Shown here one piece after another: positions 59,818 to 64,000 of a stretch of 64,000 bases of DNA (position 1 is its first letter; the number at the start of each line of letters is the position of its first letter). The notes below the pieces were generated by a model. That model saw nothing but the letters and a program-made list of their open reading frames with translations. It ran no database searches and had not been told where the DNA came from. Origin of the DNA: an uncultured Clostridia bacterium (lineage in GTDB: Bacteria > Bacillota > Clostridia > Christensenellales > UBA1242). Location: the NCBI GenBank assembly GCA_947593585.1, contig CANQDP010000002.1, forward strand, positions 53,947 through 117,946. The letters run 5' to 3'. Position numbers and translations under genes: made by a program.

Positions 59818-61392
59818 ATGCAAAACAAATTTTATATCACCACACCAATTTATTACCCAAGCAACAAATTGACGCTTGGCAACTGTTACACAACTGTTGT
59901 GTGCGATGGGCTTGCGAGATTTAATAGAATGCTAAATAAAGATGTGTTTTATCTAACGGGCACAGACGAGCACGGGCAAAAAATTCAAAAGAAGGCACAA
60001 GCGGAAGGCAAGAGCGAAATGGCATATTTAAACGAGATTGTTGCCGACACAAAAGAATTGTGGAAGATGCTAGACATCTCTTATGATAAATTCATTCGCA
60101 CCACAGACGATTATCATGTTGCGGCTGTGCAAAAAATGTTTAAACTGCTTTATGATAAAGGGCAAATCTATAAGTCCACCTATAAAGGATTATATTGCAC
60201 CCCGTGCGAAAGTTTTTGGACGGAAGAGCAATTGGTTGACGGCAAATGCCCAGACTGTGGGCGCGCGGTTGAGCCAATGGAAGAGGAGGCATATTTCTTC
60301 CGCCTAAGCGAATATCAAGAAAAAATCAAAAACCTGCTTCAAAACACCGATTTTTTGCGCCCAAAAACGCGCGTTAACGAGATGATTAATAATTTCATCA
60401 ACCCCGGCCTTAAAGATTTGTGCGTGAGCAGAACGAGTGTGAAGTGGGGTGTGCCGGTAGATTTCGACCCTAAGCACACCATCTATGTTTGGATAGACGC
60501 ATTGCCAAACTATTTAACCGCACTAGGCTATTTGCAAGAAGATAATGCCAAATTTAAAAAGTTTTGGCCTGCAGATGTGCATGTGGTTGGCAAAGAAATT
60601 GTTCGCTTCCACTCAATCATCTGGCCGGCAATTTTAATGGCACTTGACCTGCCTTTGCCAAAGCAAATTTATGGGCATGGATGGCTATTATTTGGCAACG
60701 ATAAACTAAGCAAATCTAAGGAAACGGGCAAAAAAGAGGTGATTGACCCACGCATTTTGGTTGGTCGCTACGGGCTAGACGCAGTGAGATTGTTTTTAAC
60801 AAAAGAGATTGTGTTTGGTCAGGACGGACCTTATAATCAAGAACTTTTCTTAAACGCTTACAACACCAATTTGGCAAACGAATATGGCAACCTTGTTTCG
60901 CGCACCTGCGGTATGGCGCAAAAATATTTGAGCGGAGTGTTAAACCCTGCGAACGATTTGCAAGCGGCAGATAAAACGCTTATGAGTGAAATTTTAAATA
61001 GGCGCAAATTTGTTTTGGCTCAAGTGGAGGACATTAACCCAAGTGGCGCATTAAACACAATTTTTGAAATGTTTAGCCTATGCAATAAATATATTGACGA
61101 AACTGCGCCTTGGGTAGAGTTTAAAGCGGGCAATCTTGCGCGCATAAACACAATTCTAACCACTTTAAGCGAAGCAATTTTAATAACAAACACTTTGCTT
61201 TTGCCTTTCTTAACGGATAAGCCAAAAACAATATACGCAAATTGGGGGCTAAAAACACCAACCCTGCTTAATGAATATGCGGCATTCGGCTTTATTAAGC
61301 CAAACACACAAGTTACGAAAGGCGAAAATCTATATAACCGCCTAGACATTGCAAAAGAAACAGAAGAATTAAACAAAATCGCAAATGAATAA
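59818..61392 (+). CDS. metG: Methionine--tRNA ligase (short form without the C-terminal tRNA-binding domain)
   Basis: Class-I fold with the CPDCG zinc knuckle and KLSKSK (KMSKS). SD aaaggag. Confidence 0.95.
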   Translation: MQNKFYITTPIYYPSNKLTLGNCYTTVVCDGLARFNRMLNKDVFYLTGTDEHGQKIQKKAQAEGKSEMAYLNEIVADTKELWKMLDISYDKFIRTTDDYHVAAVQKMFKLLYDKGQIYKSTYKGLYCTPCESFWTEEQLVDGKCPDCGRAVEPMEEEAYFFRLSEYQEKIKNLLQNTDFLRPKTRVNEMINNFINPGLKDLCVSRTSVKWGVPVDFDPKHTIYVWIDALPNYLTALGYLQEDNAKFKKFWPADVHVVGKEIVRFHSIIWPAILMALDLPLPKQIYGHGWLLFGNDKLSKSKETGKKEVIDPRILVGRYGLDAVRLFLTKEIVFGQDGPYNQELFLNAYNTNLANEYGNLVSRTCGMAQKYLSGVLNPANDLQAADKTLMSEILNRRKFVLAQVEDINPSGALNTIFEMFSLCNKYIDETAPWVEFKAGNLARINTILTTLSEAILITNTLLLPFLTDKPKTIYANWGLKTPTLLNEYAAFGFIKPNTQVTKGENLYNRLDIAKETEELNKIANE

Positions 61393-61393
61393 C

Positions 61394-61419
61394 AAAAACT
61401 GCCATTCGGCAGTTTTTTC
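61394..61419 (+). terminator. metG terminator. A second hairpin (ggcaat/attgcc plus T run) follows at about 61442-61468.
   Basis: Stem actgcc/ggcagt followed by a T6 run. Confidence 0.65.
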
Positions 61420-61480
61420 CATATTTAAAATTAATTTTTAGGGCAATTTTGATTGCCTTATTTTTTGTTTTTTGCTAAAA

Positions 61481-61509
61481 TTATATTATATATTTTATAT
61501 ATAATATAA
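61481..61509. repeat. Perfect 13-bp-arm AT-only inverted repeat upstream of gyrB
   Basis: ttatattatatat-ttt-atatataatataa. It overlaps the likely gyrB promoter (TTGCTA 61472-61477). Confidence 0.8.
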
Positions 61510-61577
61510 AAATTTAAGCCCCATTAAGGAACAGGTTCTTAACGAGGCCCTGAATTTACTAAATTTTAAGGAGAGGT

Positions 61578-63557
61578 ATGGATAACGAACTAAAAGTTAC
61601 GCACGCGTATGATGCGGAAGCAATTCAAGTGCTAGAAGGGTTGGAGCCGGTTAGAAAACGCCCGGGCATGTATATTGGCTCAACCGATGAAAACGGCTTG
61701 CACCATTTGGTCACCGAAATTGTGGATAACTCCATCGATGAGGCGCTCGCCGGCTATTGCAACGAAATTAAGGTGGAGATCAATGCCGATGGCTCGGTTA
61801 GTGTGTTGGATAACGGGCGTGGCATCCCAACTGGCATTCACGAAAAAGAGGGCATTAGCGCTGCCGAATTGGTTTTAACAAAATTGCATGCTGGTGGCAA
61901 ATTTGGTGGTGGCGGATATAAAATCTCGGGCGGTTTGCACGGGGTTGGTCTTTCTGTGGTGAACGCACTTAGTGAAACGCTTATTTTGGATATTTATCAA
62001 AACGCAAATCACTATAAGCAGATTTATCATCGTGGCATTCCGGTCAATCGCTTGACCGTGGTTGAGCCTGTGCCACCAGAGAAAACCGGCACGATGGTTA
62101 CATTTAAGCCAGATGATGAAATTTTCCCTGTAACCGAGTTTGAATACGAGCGTTTGCGCACGCGCCTAAGAGAAATTGCATTCTTAAATAAAGGTTTGCG
62201 CATCGAGCTTAAAGATAACCGTCCAGGCAAAGAGCAAGAAGACAAATTTCAATTTATGGGCGGAATTCAAGAGTTTGTGGCAGACTTAACGCAAAACAAA
62301 GTGTGCATTTTTAAGGACGCGAACAATAAATATTTCCCTATTTATGTGGATAAAACTTATAATTACAAACGAAAGGACGAAAACGGCATTTTGCGTGATG
62401 CCACTTGCGAAATAGAGTTTAGTTTCCAATATACGGACACCTACACCGAAAATATTCACAGTTATTGCAACAATGTTTGCACCAAAGATGGTGGCAAGCA
62501 CGAAGACGGCTTTAAATTGGCGCTAGCAAAAGTTATTAACGACTATATTGAAAACGATAAGCCGCTCAAAGACAAAATTAAATCAAAACTTTCGGGTGAG
62601 GACACGCGCGAAGGCATTGTGGCAGTGATTTCTGTTAAGGTGGAAGAGCCTCAATTTGAAGGGCAAACCAAAACCAAACTTGGCACTGACGAAATAAAGG
62701 GCTTCACCGCAAAAGCGTTGGAAGAAACCTTTAAAGATTATTTGGAAGAGCACCCAAAAGAAGCCAAAGAGTTGATAGAAAAATGCGTGCTTAGCCAACG
62801 AGCAAGAGAGGCTGCGCGCAATGCTAGGGAGGACACAAGGCGCAAGAACGCACTAGAGAGTTCCACCCTGCCGGGCAAATTGGCAGATTGCTCAAGCAAA
62901 AATGCCAGCGAGTGTGAAATATTTATTGTTGAGGGTGATTCGGCAGGCGGCACGGCAAAATCGGGTAGAGATAGGCGCTATCAGGCAATATTGCCTCTTC
63001 GTGGCAAAATCTTAAATGTTGAAAAAACGCGCTTAGCCAAGGCTCTTGAAAATGCCGAAATCAATGCAATGATCACCGCCTTTGGCTGTGGCATTTATGA
63101 GAATTGCGACCCAAGCAAACTTAGATATGATAAAATTGTGATAATGACAGATGCCGATGTGGACGGCAGCCATATTCAAATTTTGATGCTCACTTTCTTC
63201 TTTAGATATATGCGCCCATTAATTGAGCAAGGGCATGTTTATGTGGCTCAACCGCCACTATATAAAGTGCAGCGCGGCAAGCAAACAATATATTATTATA
63301 GTGAGGCTGAGAAAGAGGCTGCAGGCATAAATGAAAACGACAAAGGCGTGCAGCGATATAAAGGTCTTGGTGAAATGAGCGCTGAGCAACTTTGGACCAC
63401 CACAATGAACCCAGAAACTCGCACACTTAAAAAAGTTGTGATGAGCGATGAGGTGGTGTGCAACGAAGTGTTTGACATTCTCATGGGCGAACGCCCTGAG
63501 GCAAGGCGTGAATTTATTGAGCAGAATGCCGACCGCATCAAAGATTTGGACATTTAG
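61578..63557 (+). CDS. gyrB: DNA gyrase subunit B
   Basis: YDAEAIQVLEGLEPVRKRPGMYIGST, GLHHLV, EGDSAGG and PLRGKILNVE motifs. Confidence 0.98.
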   Translation: MDNELKVTHAYDAEAIQVLEGLEPVRKRPGMYIGSTDENGLHHLVTEIVDNSIDEALAGYCNEIKVEINADGSVSVLDNGRGIPTGIHEKEGISAAELVLTKLHAGGKFGGGGYKISGGLHGVGLSVVNALSETLILDIYQNANHYKQIYHRGIPVNRLTVVEPVPPEKTGTMVTFKPDDEIFPVTEFEYERLRTRLREIAFLNKGLRIELKDNRPGKEQEDKFQFMGGIQEFVADLTQNKVCIFKDANNKYFPIYVDKTYNYKRKDENGILRDATCEIEFSFQYTDTYTENIHSYCNNVCTKDGGKHEDGFKLALAKVINDYIENDKPLKDKIKSKLSGEDTREGIVAVISVKVEEPQFEGQTKTKLGTDEIKGFTAKALEETFKDYLEEHPKEAKELIEKCVLSQRAREAARNAREDTRRKNALESSTLPGKLADCSSKNASECEIFIVEGDSAGGTAKSGRDRRYQAILPLRGKILNVEKTRLAKALENAEINAMITAFGCGIYENCDPSKLRYDKIVIMTDADVDGSHIQILMLTFFFRYMRPLIEQGHVYVAQPPLYKVQRGKQTIYYYSEAEKEAAGINENDKGVQRYKGLGEMSAEQLWTTTMNPETRTLKKVVMSDEVVCNEVFDILMGERPEARREFIEQNADRIKDLDI

Positions 63558-63566
63558 GAGTGAGCC

Positions 63567-64000
63567 ATGAAAGACGAAATTTTTAGCAAAATTGACAACA
63601 CAAGATATATCAACACCGACCTAGAAAACGAGATGAAAGATTCGTTCATCGCTTATGCTATGGCGGTGAATGTTTCGCGCGCCATTCCAGATGTTCGCGA
63701 TGGCTTAAAGCCTGTGCATAGGCGTATTTTATATTCCATGAACGAGCAAGGCCTAACTTCTGATAAGCCAACAAGAAAATGTGCAAAAATTGTGGGTGAT
63801 GTGTTGGGTAAATATCACCCTCACGGCGATAGTTCGGTTTATGATGCACTTGTGCGTTTGGCACAAGACTTCACCATTAATGAGCCATTGGTTTTCGGTC
63901 AGGGAAACTTCGGCTCGGTGGATGGCGACCCTGCTGCTGCCATGCGTTACACTGAAGCGCGTTTGAGCAAGGTGGCAGACGAACTTTTGCGCGATATTGA
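63567..64000 (+). CDS. gyrA: DNA gyrase subunit A (3' end beyond the window)
   Basis: SD aggag precedes the ATG at 63567. The translation contains [26 protein letters not shown] and [22 protein letters not shown]. The frame is open to the window end. Confidence 0.95.
   Translation, partial: MKDEIFSKIDNTRYINTDLENEMKDSFIAYAMAVNVSRAIPDVRDGLKPVHRRILYSMNEQGLTSDKPTRKCAKIVGDVLGKYHPHGDSSVYDALVRLAQDFTINEPLVFGQGNFGSVDGDPAAAMRYTEARLSKVADELLRDI

Noticed and set aside
61393-61577. Possibility that the gyrB-upstream region or the AT-rich blocks represent oriC
   Set aside because: No dnaA/dnaN genes are present, and I could not find clustered TTATCCACA-type DnaA boxes. The isolated near-matches lie inside cadA and a tRNA. 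dnaB here is the helicase gene and not an origin marker.

Overview
Chromosomal segment of a low-GC, endospore-forming Firmicute (Clostridia-like), inferred from SpoIVB, a PdaB-like deacetylase, a BclA-like collagen protein and a Ku/LigD operon. Housekeeping genes are interspersed with small accessory islets. Recognisable housekeeping genes are rpsO, pnp, ftsK/spoIIIE, tsaD, purB, pgsA, recA, recN, hup, typA, replicative helicase dnaB, metG, gyrB and the start of gyrA, plus four tRNAs (Glu, Met-type CAU, Gly, Arg). Accessory content includes a cadC-cadA metal efflux pair, an orphan CsoR, a MIP channel, an NfeD-SPFH pair, a ku / ligD(PE-Lig) / ligD(Pol) NHEJ operon followed by a collagen-like gene, two very large surface proteins (one over 1290 aa and 5' truncated, one about 2091 aa), three HExxH proteins, two GNATs and many hypotheticals. 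I saw no transposase, integrase, CRISPR array, rRNA or obvious prophage structural gene. The structures I rate most worth follow-up come first. (1) Two copies of a divergent CI/Cro-like HTH switch cassette. One has the XRE gene amplified to four tandem paralogs that differ mainly in the recognition helix, and faces three evenly spaced ACAC-N5-GTGT palindromes. (2) A recurrent -10 hexamer / 6 nt / ATG geometry without a Shine-Dalgarno at seven genes, suggesting frequent leaderless mRNAs. (3) A recA-orf129-recN operon behind an SOS-box-like site. (4) A TrxR-like flavoprotein lacking the NADPH HRRxxxR motif, whose stop overlaps the start of the 2091-aa surface protein. (5) About 280-390 bp intergenic blocks of helically phased A-tracts. 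(6) An 88-bp repeat family inside a tRNA spacer. All calls come from reading the sequence and translated ORFs by eye. No database search was run, so family names rest on remembered motifs.
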